The notes below the pieces were generated by a model that was given only the letters and a program-made list of their open reading frames with translations, was not told the origin of the DNA and did not search any database. 36,686 nucleotides of DNA, taken from positions 1 through 36,686 of the forward strand of contig JBFMGU010000095.1 in assembly GCA_040752415.1 (NCBI GenBank), written 5' to 3'. The position numbers were made by a program, and so were the translations under genes. Origin of the DNA: Myxococcota bacterium. Lineage in GTDB: Bacteria; Myxococcota; JACRCW01. This document shows, in pieces, positions 27,401-34,671 of the stretch (positions within the stretch are counted from its first letter, which is position 1; each line of letters opens with the position of its first letter).

Positions 27401-27420
27401 ACACCGGACTGCCCATCTGA
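24415..27420 (+). CDS. Beta-propeller domain lipoprotein (Beta_propel/LVIVD-like repeats)
   Basis: GGAGG RBS, lipobox VAC, Ser/Gly linker, VEESDIYK, ARF.G...Y.V.Y..IDPLFVFDLS.P..P and many IID.S.P repeats. Confidence 0.9.
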   Translation: MRRLQWSLLAAVLGLSVACGPTNPPSGGSSSGTTGSSSSSSSSGNNGSTGGAGRTNFETPLHPDSNGTGSTSGGAAGSSNGGAQPGAPEDSGDFNGGRDNEAGGGEPRLVEESDIYKLEGNHLFVLNRYRGLQIIDLSNLDAPRVVGRVPIYGYPREMYVREGRAYVIVSDYYTFWRNEVDDGLGGFYGSQLRIIDVSNLTSPHLLGGINLEGDCTDSRIVGDVMYLVSHRYPWYWDYTTTDTEDKTSILSVTIADPTDVHVVDTKDFPREGWEHHIHVNSEAIYLASSGYQSYQDEQGWWTGNYVTDIKYIDISDPAGAIRVRGGVELNGRVMDRWSMDAHENVLRVASGESWGNGDIFLRTYDVTNPDLITPLGEAVLHVDEQLTSARFAGNRGYLVSYRNIDPLFVFDLSNPAQPTLLGELEMTGWLDFMIPLAGDRVVALGHEDLVDANGNRQISLAVSLIDVATNQPALLSRVVLDGIWGWIPAERDDFAKVFRVLPEQNLILFPFQAWSPTDWRYVGGVQLVDLAEDTLVKRGLIGDAGWVERGVPYNESTVLTISSQIFQVMDITNRDEPSVRARLELARNVGSLGVLPGDLTVQLSGDWYLGDTELTITPLSDPNAETPVAKLRTPAPYGRMFSNGAFAYVTSTQDPTPEDTSTYDHATRIQVVDLQNPAQPTFRGELWLPEPIYVGYGYYYWGYGDEVAQVNGNVLVFHRYTYEYDANCWEDYYGSYCEGRYRHLLYVVDLSDPDAPALTAELELDDVDWSYGLRAHGNTVLLSSYRTVHHDGWWFARYSVHRVDVSNPAQPQVLPEVNIPGWLAGVSDDGQTLYTLENYYDQNSTNHSVFHVLQLHEDHAELLSSVELEGYPSTLHIKDGAAFTTRYVYDYTTVDGVERWDADSILTVLDISDPQDVHVAGETTLPMDYGWLMKVEGNRAFVVNDVGIFTVNVQDITAPTYEAFFRTMGWAQDIVVHGSKAYVPSGYHGVQVLDLNTGLPI

Positions 27421-27442
27421 TTGACGCGCAAGGCACGCCTTT

Positions 27443-27500
27443 CCGCGCAGCACCCGTCGACGACGCGCTGAACGTCCCGGGTGCTGCGCGGTTCTTTTTC
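27443..27500 (+). terminator. Intrinsic terminator
   Basis: Perfect 14-bp stem (27443-27456 with 27478-27491) followed by TTCTTTTT, 22 nt after the stop; the loop is long (21 nt). Confidence 0.7.
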
Positions 27501-27580
27501 GACGTGCCACCGCGAGGGAGGGCACCTTTCAAGGAAGGATTGGAGGGAGCCAACCTCGGCGTTGATTGTGCCGCATCGGT

Positions 27581-27676
27581 CGCGGACCGCAGACAGGAAT
27601 GCCCAGGCCACGGGAAGCTGCGATGCGGAAGGCGATGCGCGCGGATCGAAGACAGGAATGTCCGCGCCACGGGAAG
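27581..27676. repeat. Two 37-bp direct repeats, GTGG-type REP-like
   Basis: 27581-27617 and 27640-27676 match at 32/37, with core GACAGGAATGTC palindrome followed by GCCAC (minus strand GTGG). Confidence 0.75.
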
Positions 27677-27804
27677 GGCCGTCAGAAGCCCATGCCGTGC
27701 ACGGACGGTCACGCTGCCCTCCCTGTGGCAAGGGTGACGCGGACGCCAGCCAGGGCGTCAGACCCCGACAACCGCCGTCGCGTCGTCTGTGCTACAGCGC
27801 AACC

Positions 27805-29154
27805 ATGCGTCGACTCGTCGATGGTTGTTACGCGTGGATGGCGCCCGGCGCGCTGGACAGCGAGGTGCGCTCCATCCATCACCCCCGCACCTTCTCGGTC
27901 CCCGCGCAGAAGGCGGAGCAGCTGCGCGTGCTCGCCCACGGCATCCCCGACGACGCCCCGGCAAGCCCGCTCTTCCTGGAGCTGCAACAGGCCGGGTTTG
28001 CCGCCGAGGACCTGGACCCGGTGGATCCCGACGTGGTGCAACAGCTCTCCCTGCTGGGCAACGGCTTCTCCTGGCACCTGGATGGCTGCCCGCGCGCCGA
28101 CAAGCTGGTGGACCTGGTGCGTCGCGCGCATGCCCAGCGCAAGGTGGTGGACCTCACCTTCGGCCAGGCCTCCTGCATCCCGGAGAGCGCCGTGCTGCGC
28201 TGCTGGCAGCTGACGCGCGCACGCAAGGGTCCGCAACGCGTCCTCCTCATTGGCGACGACGATCTCTTGTGCCTCCCGCTCGCCCGCATGGGTCACAAGG
28301 TCACGGTGCTGGACATTGACGGCATGCTGGTGGAGTTCATTGAGCGGCTGGCGCGCGCGGAGAAGCTCAAGGCTGACGCCCGCGTGCAGGACGTGCGCGA
28401 CCCGCTCCCCGACGAGCTGGCCGGCCGGTTCGACGCCGTCATGATGGACCCCATGAGCTACGAGCCGTGCCTGATGGCGTTCATGTGTCGCGCCACCAAC
28501 GCGCTCAAGCGCAACGGCACGCTCTACTGCTGCGTGCACCCGCTGGCGCGCCAGCTGTTCGAGGACGTGGTGGGTCGTCACCCGCTGCGGCTGGAGCGCT
28601 GCCTCTACGAGCTGTCCGTCTACTACTACGAGGGATTCCTGGAGAACTGGTATCGCTCGGACCTGTACGCGCTGCGTCGCACCGACGGGGAATCACCCTG
28701 GGCCGCCTCCGAGCCGCTGCCGCTGGGCGACATCATCTCCGGCGCGTTCCGCACCCGTCACCACGGCTTCACCGACATCACGCCGCCGCCCCTGCGTCGA
28801 CCGGACCTGGCCACGGTGCGCGCCGCCGTGGAGGCGTACCTGACACGTGCGAAGGTGAACGTGGTGGCGCGCCAGGAGCATGACGGAGAGAACTGGGCCC
28901 ATCTCTACGTGGCCACCGACGGTGGTGGACACCTGGCCGTGGTGCTGGACAAGCGCAAGGGCGTGGTCTCCTACGCGCTCTATCCCTTCACCATGGCGCG
29001 CGACATCTTCCTCTCGGAATCCTTTGCGCGCTTCCTGGCCATTGCCCGCGTCCGCACGTTCTCCCGGGAGGCCAATGACCTGGCCACGCCCGCGGTGTCC
29101 ACGCCGGCGCGGGTGGCGCGCAGCACGCCGCGTCGTCGGGTGCGGGCGCGGTGA
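27805..29154 (+). CDS. Branched-chain polyamine synthase (BpsA)-like protein with extra C-terminal domain
   Basis: LIGDDDL, VTVLDID and DVRDPLP....GRFD....DP motifs of the BpsA family. Confidence 0.75.
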   Translation: MRRLVDGCYAWMAPGALDSEVRSIHHPRTFSVPAQKAEQLRVLAHGIPDDAPASPLFLELQQAGFAAEDLDPVDPDVVQQLSLLGNGFSWHLDGCPRADKLVDLVRRAHAQRKVVDLTFGQASCIPESAVLRCWQLTRARKGPQRVLLIGDDDLLCLPLARMGHKVTVLDIDGMLVEFIERLARAEKLKADARVQDVRDPLPDELAGRFDAVMMDPMSYEPCLMAFMCRATNALKRNGTLYCCVHPLARQLFEDVVGRHPLRLERCLYELSVYYYEGFLENWYRSDLYALRRTDGESPWAASEPLPLGDIISGAFRTRHHGFTDITPPPLRRPDLATVRAAVEAYLTRAKVNVVARQEHDGENWAHLYVATDGGGHLAVVLDKRKGVVSYALYPFTMARDIFLSESFARFLAIARVRTFSREANDLATPAVSTPARVARSTPRRRVRAR

Positions 29155-29196
29155 ACCCTTCCGCGTGATGGCGGCTCCCACAAGCAGGAGGCCGTC

Positions 29197-29385
29197 ATGA
29201 AAGCGCGTGCCCTGTTGCCCTACCTCACGGCGGCGTTGGTGGGCGGGACCACCGTGGTGCTGCTGGGCCAACTCCTGGGCCTCTTGGGGGGGAGCTGCGG
29301 CTTCATCTGTCGTCCCGACGTGGCGGGGCCGGTGGGCGCGCTGGCCGCCGTCCTCGGCGTGGGCTTGAGCCGCGCGGAGGATTGA
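29197..29385 (+). CDS. Small membrane protein with CxxxC motif
   Basis: AGGAGG RBS; two TM segments flanking GGSCGFICRP. Confidence 0.7.
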   Translation: MKARALLPYLTAALVGGTTVVLLGQLLGLLGGSCGFICRPDVAGPVGALAAVLGVGLSRAED

Positions 29386-29433
29386 CCCGGCGGTTGGACC
29401 CGCACACACGCCAGGCATTACGCTCATGCGCGG

Positions 29434-30693
29434 ATGAAAGCGGTCATTGCCGCCAACGGTTCCCGGGGGGACCTGCAGCCCATGCTCGTGCTCACGCGTG
29501 CACTCAAGGCGCGCGGTCACGACGTGATCCTGGCCGGCACGCCGAGCTTTGCGGGCTGGGCCGCGGAGACGGGGATTCCCTTCCAGCACTCGGGCACGGA
29601 CCTCCAGGCCTTCCTGCAGTCCAACCGCGACACCACCGACTCACCGCTCGCGTTCTTCCGTCGCGCCTGGGGCATGCTCAACGACGAGGTCGAGAGCCAG
29701 TTCCAGGGCGTGCTCGCCGCCAGCGAGGGCGCGGACCTCGTCGTCAGCGGCGGAGCGCAGATCTCCGGCGGGACGGTGGCGGTGCATCGTGGCGCGGTGC
29801 ACGTGGCGGTGGCGTACGTCTCGGTGCTGCTGCCGTCCCATGACCACGCGCCACCCGCGGTCCCGTTCACGCGCACGCCGCGCTGGCTGAACCGCCTCAT
29901 GTGGTGGGCCTACGACAAGACGATGTTGTTCATGGTGCGTCGCGCCCTCAACGGGAACCGCGCGCGCCTGGGCCTGCCGATGTCGACGAGCGCGCTGGAG
30001 GCCTTTGCGCCGCACCACCTCCTCCTGGCCGCCGACCCCGAGATCTCTCCCATGCCGGTGGAGCTGGCGCCCCGCTGCACGCAGACCGCCGCGCTGACGC
30101 TGGTCACCGACGAGAACCTGCCGCCCGAGGTGGACGCGTTCATCCGCGACGGGACGCCGCCCATCTACGTGGGATTCGGCAGCATGGTGGACAAGGATCC
30201 CCGGCGCACCACGCAGCTGCTGCTGGACGCCGTGGAGCTGGCCGGGGTGCGGGCCGTCATCTCCAAGGGCTGGGCGGGATTCGCGGAGGGCGCGCTGCCG
30301 TCGAGCTGCCTGGCGGTGGGCAGCATGCCGCATCACGCGCTGTTTCCCCGCATGGCGGCCATTGTGCACCACGGCGGAGCGGGGACCACCGCGGCCGCGT
30401 CGCGCTCGGGCGTCCCGCAGGTGGTGGTGCCGCACATTGCCGACCAGTTCTACTTTGGTCACCGCGTGCGCACCCTGGGCGTGGGCGCAACACCCATCCC
30501 GCGCACCCGCCTCACCGCGCCACGCCTGGCCGCGGCCATCCAGCAGTGCGTTTCCGACGAGACCATGCGCGCCCGCGCGCGTGAGCTGGCCGGTCGACTC
30601 GCGCAGCGTCACGGCGTGGAGGAGACGGTGGCGTTCCTGGAGCGGCTGGCGGAGCAGCGCCGGGCGAAAGTGCCGCTGGCGTTGGCGGGATGA
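29434..30693 (+). CDS. Glycosyltransferase, GT1/GT-B (GtfB/sterol glucosyltransferase-like)
   Basis: GSRGDLQP, RGHDV, YVGFGSM, HHGGAGTT and GVPQVVVP..DQ motifs. Confidence 0.93.
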   Translation: MKAVIAANGSRGDLQPMLVLTRALKARGHDVILAGTPSFAGWAAETGIPFQHSGTDLQAFLQSNRDTTDSPLAFFRRAWGMLNDEVESQFQGVLAASEGADLVVSGGAQISGGTVAVHRGAVHVAVAYVSVLLPSHDHAPPAVPFTRTPRWLNRLMWWAYDKTMLFMVRRALNGNRARLGLPMSTSALEAFAPHHLLLAADPEISPMPVELAPRCTQTAALTLVTDENLPPEVDAFIRDGTPPIYVGFGSMVDKDPRRTTQLLLDAVELAGVRAVISKGWAGFAEGALPSSCLAVGSMPHHALFPRMAAIVHHGGAGTTAAASRSGVPQVVVPHIADQFYFGHRVRTLGVGATPIPRTRLTAPRLAAAIQQCVSDETMRARARELAGRLAQRHGVEETVAFLERLAEQRRAKVPLALAG

Positions 30694-30794
30694 ACGCAGG
30701 AGAGGCGCCACGTGCCCTCCGGCGGTGACGACGAGGAAACCAGCGTGGGGGAGGCCGTCGGACGTTCCCGAGCCGGAATGGGTGGACACGGGTT

Positions 30795-30810
30795 GTCTAG
30801 AGGTGTAGAC
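30795..30810. promoter_or_regulatory. Palindrome GTCTA-N6-TAGAC, candidate operator
   Basis: Inverted repeat immediately upstream of the small HTH gene. Confidence 0.35.
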
Positions 30811-30818
30811 CACGCGCC

Positions 30819-31031
30819 ATGTGTCCCATGGTCCGCACCGAAGACCTCATCGACGCCCAGGCGGTGGCCCTGCTGCTGCGCCTGAGCCACGCCAACAGCG
30901 TGAGCACGTATCTCCGTCGCTACCCGGACATGCCCCGGCCGGTGGTGGACCTGGGCAAGGGTCGGCCACGCCTGTGGTTGCGCACGGAGATGCGACGCTG
31001 GCTGCGGACCCGCGAGAAGGAGCGCGCATGA
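30819..31031 (+). CDS. Small AlpA/excisionase-like winged-HTH protein
   Basis: DLIDAQAVA.LL.LS..SV..Y....DMPRPV......RLW...E...W pattern; the stop overlaps the map ATG. Alternative start at 30828. Confidence 0.72.
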   Translation: MCPMVRTEDLIDAQAVALLLRLSHANSVSTYLRRYPDMPRPVVDLGKGRPRLWLRTEMRRWLRTREKERA

Positions 31032-32032
31032 CCACCGTGCAGGTGCCCCCACCCGCGTCGCAGCGACCCGGCGCCAACGAGCCGTGCTGGTGCGGCAGCG
31101 GTCAGAAGTACAAGAAGTGCCACCGCGACGGTGACGCTCGCGCTCCCGTTGGCCTGGTCTCGCCGCGCAAGCGGGTGATGCCCGGCCGGGTCAGCCCGCG
31201 GCGCAAGGTTCCCGCGCACATCCGTCGACCGGAGTGGGCCGAGAACGGCCGGGTGAGTGAGCCGCGTCCCGGGGAGTCGGTGGTGATGAACGCGGAGCAG
31301 CTGGTGCGCATGCGTCGGGCGTGTGGCGCGGCGGCGCGGGTGCTGGCGCACGTGGGCTCCCTGGTCCGCCCCGGCATCACCACCGACGAGCTGGATGCGC
31401 TGGCCCACGAGGAATACGTGCGCCTGGGCGGCTATCCCAGCACGCTGAACTACAAGGGCTACCCCAAGAGCATCTGCACCTCCGTCAACGAGGTCATCTG
31501 CCACGGCATCCCGGACAGCCGTGCGCTGGAGGACGGGGACATCGTCAACCTCGACGTCACCATCTACCTGGACGGCATGCACGGCGACTGCTCCGCCACC
31601 GTTGCGGTGGGCAACGTGACCGCGGAGGACCGGCGGCTCATGGACGTGGCCCAGCGCAGCATGGAGATGGGCATCCAGGCGGCGCGCGCGGGCAAGCAGA
31701 TCCGCGAGATCGGCCGGGCCATTGAGCGGTTCGCGGCGTCGCACGGGATGGGCTCGGTGCGCGCGTTCTGCGGTCACGGCATTGGCGAACGGTTCCACAA
31801 CTCGCTGCAGATCCCGCACTACGACGACCCGCACGCCACCACGGTGATGCGGCCGGGCATGGTGTTCACCGTGGAGCCCATGATCACGCTGGGCACCTGG
31901 CGCCACGGCGAGTGGGACGACGGCTGGACCGTGGTGACCGCCGACGGCCGCAACACCGCGCAGTACGAGCACACCATCCTCATCACCGAGGACGGCCCCG
32001 AGATCCTGACGCGTCCCGACGTGGTGTTGTGA
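31028..32032 (+). CDS. map: Type I methionine aminopeptidase with N-terminal SEC-C zinc motif
   Basis: NEPCWCGSGQKYKKCH; CTSVNEVICHGIPD, GDIVNLD, HGD, GHGIG..FH, FTVEPM and AQYEHT. Confidence 0.95.
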   Translation: MTTVQVPPPASQRPGANEPCWCGSGQKYKKCHRDGDARAPVGLVSPRKRVMPGRVSPRRKVPAHIRRPEWAENGRVSEPRPGESVVMNAEQLVRMRRACGAAARVLAHVGSLVRPGITTDELDALAHEEYVRLGGYPSTLNYKGYPKSICTSVNEVICHGIPDSRALEDGDIVNLDVTIYLDGMHGDCSATVAVGNVTAEDRRLMDVAQRSMEMGIQAARAGKQIREIGRAIERFAASHGMGSVRAFCGHGIGERFHNSLQIPHYDDPHATTVMRPGMVFTVEPMITLGTWRHGEWDDGWTVVTADGRNTAQYEHTILITEDGPEILTRPDVVL

Positions 32033-32050
32033 ACCCGCGGGGGAGGCCCC

Positions 32051-32905
32051 ATGTCCCACGCGGCGCTCCGGGTTGCCACCTGCCAGTTCCCCGCCACCGC
32101 CGACGTGGCGCAGAACGCGACGCACATCACCACGCTCATGCACCAGGCCGCCGAGCGCGGTGCGCACCTGGTCCACTTCCCGGAAGCGGCGCTCTCCGGC
32201 TACTTCGGGTCCGACCTCACGACGTGGGAGGGCTATGACTGGGAGCTGCTCCGTCGCCACACCGCCGGGATCCAGGCGCTGGCCGCGCGGCTGGGGCTGT
32301 GGACGCTGTTGGGCTCCTCCCACTGGCTCGACGAGGAACACAAGCCCACCAACTGCCTCTACGTGATTTCCCCGTCGGGGGAGCTGGTGGACCGGTATGA
32401 CAAGTCCATGCTCACGGACATTGACCGGCTGGGCTACTCCGCGGGCGTGCACCCGGTGACGCTGGACATCCGCGGCGTCCGGTGTGGACTGCTCATCTGC
32501 TACGACGTGTGCTTCCCCGAGATGTACGCGCGGCTCCGCAGCCTGGGCACCCAGGTGGTGTTCCACTCGTTCCAGAACGCAGGCTTCGCGGAGGGCAACA
32601 TCCTGGACGAGATGGGACACGCGTGGCTGCGGGTGCGGGCCGCGGACAACCAGCTTTGGATCGTGGCGAACAACAACAGCCGGGAACACCAGTGCTGGCC
32701 CAGCTGCATTGCGCGCCCGGACGGCTCCCTGGCCGCGGTGATGGAGCGCGGCGCCACCGGCATGCTGGTCCATGATTTTCCCGACGACACGCTGGCGGGC
32801 TGGACCCACAACGACAAGCCCCTGCGCCTCGCGCCCGACGAGACCTTCCACCGCGGCGAGACCACCACGCACCCGCGCCAGCGGGACCGGCGGGCGCGTC
32901 CGTAG
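32051..32905 (+). CDS. Carbon-nitrogen hydrolase (nitrilase superfamily)
   Basis: Glu-Lys-Cys triad in FPE, YDK and ICYD; GGAGG RBS. Confidence 0.9.
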   Translation: MSHAALRVATCQFPATADVAQNATHITTLMHQAAERGAHLVHFPEAALSGYFGSDLTTWEGYDWELLRRHTAGIQALAARLGLWTLLGSSHWLDEEHKPTNCLYVISPSGELVDRYDKSMLTDIDRLGYSAGVHPVTLDIRGVRCGLLICYDVCFPEMYARLRSLGTQVVFHSFQNAGFAEGNILDEMGHAWLRVRAADNQLWIVANNNSREHQCWPSCIARPDGSLAAVMERGATGMLVHDFPDDTLAGWTHNDKPLRLAPDETFHRGETTTHPRQRDRRARP

Positions 32906-32938
32906 GGAGCGCCTCGGAAGCAGGTCCGTGGACGTGGC

Positions 32939-33126
32939 GAGCGGACCGCAACCTGGAGTGCGGCGGGCCCTCGCCGCCCTGGTCAGCGTCCACATGTGTT
33001 CATCGTTTCTGCCGGTCCACCCGAGAGGGTCCTTCCACCGACGGAGGACCACCAGGCCGGGCTGCAACCCACTCGGCGCTGGCCAGGGCGGCGAGAGCCC
33101 GCCGCACTCCAGGTCGTGGCCCGCTC
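32939..33126. repeat. Inverted GGAG-type REP doublet (REPIN/BIME-like)
   Basis: 52-bp arms at 32939-32990 and 33075-33126 in inverted orientation with an 84-bp spacer; a third copy lies at 2501-2552. Confidence 0.85.
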
Positions 33127-33155
33127 CCTTGTGGCGGGGCAGGCCGCCTGATAGA

Positions 33156-33175
33156 TTGAACGAGCGTTCATTCAA
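33156..33175. promoter_or_regulatory. TetR operator (probable autoregulation)
   Basis: TGAACG-AG-CGTTCA palindrome within TTGAA...TTCAA, about 15 nt upstream of tetR. Confidence 0.7.
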
Positions 33176-33190
33176 CCGCAGGGTGCACCC

Positions 33191-33781
33191 GTGGCTCCCC
33201 GTTCCGCTGCCCAGAATGAAGCCGTCCGCGCCGAGACCCGGAAGCGCATCATGGCCGCCGCGCTCAAGCTGTTCTCCCGCCACGGCTACGACGGGACCAG
33301 CGTGCGCATGATCGCCGAGGAGAGCCGCGTGGCGCAGGGCCTCATGTACGCGTACTTCCCCGGCAAGGAGGCGCTGCTGCAGGCGCTGTTCCGTCAGAGC
33401 ATGGAGGACGTGCAGGGCTCGTTTGCCGCCGTGGAGGCCATCCGCCATCCGCGGGAACGCTTGCGTGCGTACATCCTCGGAATCGCCGACGTCATCCGTC
33501 AGCACCTGGAGTTCTGGCGCCTCAGCTACGGCGTCCGCATGCAGCCCTCCGTGCTGGCCGCGCTGGGGCCGAGCACGCGCGAATGGACGCGCCTCATCCG
33601 CGACACGCTGGAGAACTGGCTGCGCGAGGCCGGTGTCGACGAGCCGGAGGTGGAGGCGCGCCTCCTGTTCGCCACCATTGACGGTGTCTGTCAGCACTTC
33701 GTCCTCGAGCCGCGTCGCTATCCGCTGGACGAGGTGCTGCACCGCCTGGCCGACCGCTACGCCACGAGGAGGAGACCATGA
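33191..33781 (+). CDS. TetR/AcrR family regulator
   Basis: IMAAALKLFSRHGYDGTSVRMIA....VAQGLMYAYFPGKE HTH motif. Confidence 0.93.
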   Translation: MAPRSAAQNEAVRAETRKRIMAAALKLFSRHGYDGTSVRMIAEESRVAQGLMYAYFPGKEALLQALFRQSMEDVQGSFAAVEAIRHPRERLRAYILGIADVIRQHLEFWRLSYGVRMQPSVLAALGPSTREWTRLIRDTLENWLREAGVDEPEVEARLLFATIDGVCQHFVLEPRRYPLDEVLHRLADRYATRRRP

Positions 33782-34671
33782 GCCTGCCCGCCATCCGCCA
33801 GGAGCCGTGGTTCGACAACGCCGCCTATCCCTTCACCTCCCGTTTCCTCGACGTGGGGGTGGGCCGGATGCACTACGTGGACGAAGGAAGTGGTGACGTG
33901 TTGCTGATGGTCCACGGTACGCCCTCGTGGAGCTTCGAGTTCCGGCAGCTCATTGCGGACCTGCGTTCCCGCTGGCGCGTGGTGGCCCCGGACCTGCTGG
34001 GATTCGGCCTCTCCGACAAGCCGCAGTCCTTTGGCTACCGCCTCGCCGACCACACGCGGGCGCTGGAGGAGTTCGTCGCGAAGCTGGGGCTCACGCGCTT
34101 CCGCCTCCTGGTGCATGACTTTGGTGGACCGGTGGGACTACCGCTGGCGCTGGAGCAGCCGCGGCGCGTGGAGAAGCTGGTGATCCTCAACTCCTGGCTG
34201 TGGGCCCTGGATTCCGTCGACAAGGCCGTGGCCGGGCAGAAGCGCATCCTGGGCAGCGGGCTGATGCGCTGGTTGTACCAACGTCACAACTTCTCCGCGC
34301 GCGTCATCGTGAAGAGTGCATGGGGAAGGCACCGGGCGCTCAGCAAGAGCGTGCACGCGCACTACACGAACATGTTCCCCACGCCCGCCGACCGCGTGGG
34401 AACGCTGGGCTTCCTCCGCTCCGTCGTCGAGGAGGGTCCCTACCTGGACGCGCTGTGGCAGCGACGCGCGGCGCTGGAGGACATTCCCAAGCTGCTCATC
34501 TGGGGCCTGGCCGACGGGTTCGTGAAACCGGTGCACCTGGCGCACTGGAAGAACGCGTTTCCGTCCCTGCGCGTGGAGGAGCTGACCCACGTGGGCCACT
34601 TCCCCGCCGACGAGGCCGGGGAGCTGGTGACCCCGCTGGTGCGCGCCTTCCTGCAGGACTCAACCGCGTGA
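33778..34671 (+). CDS. Alpha/beta hydrolase, haloalkane dehalogenase/OleB-like
   Basis: MHYVDEG, HGTPSWS, PDLLGFGLSDKP, nucleophile elbow VHDFGG and GHF; ATGA overlap with tetR. Confidence 0.88.
   Translation: MSLPAIRQEPWFDNAAYPFTSRFLDVGVGRMHYVDEGSGDVLLMVHGTPSWSFEFRQLIADLRSRWRVVAPDLLGFGLSDKPQSFGYRLADHTRALEEFVAKLGLTRFRLLVHDFGGPVGLPLALEQPRRVEKLVILNSWLWALDSVDKAVAGQKRILGSGLMRWLYQRHNFSARVIVKSAWGRHRALSKSVHAHYTNMFPTPADRVGTLGFLRSVVEEGPYLDALWQRRAALEDIPKLLIWGLADGFVKPVHLAHWKNAFPSLRVEELTHVGHFPADEAGELVTPLVRAFLQDSTA

Noticed and set aside
27640..27700. Cobalamin riboswitch (GCCAC-GGGAAG...GTCAGAAG..C.TGCC resembles the B12 box)
   Set aside because: The upstream core (GGGAA..GGTG.AA.TCC...GCCCCCGC.ACTGT) is missing, and GCCACGGGAAG is explained by the 37-bp repeat. 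An Rfam cmsearch would settle it.
30819..31031. Prophage or integrative element marked by the AlpA/Xis-like gene
   Set aside because: No integrase, att-like repeat, tRNA, phage gene or compositional shift is visible nearby.
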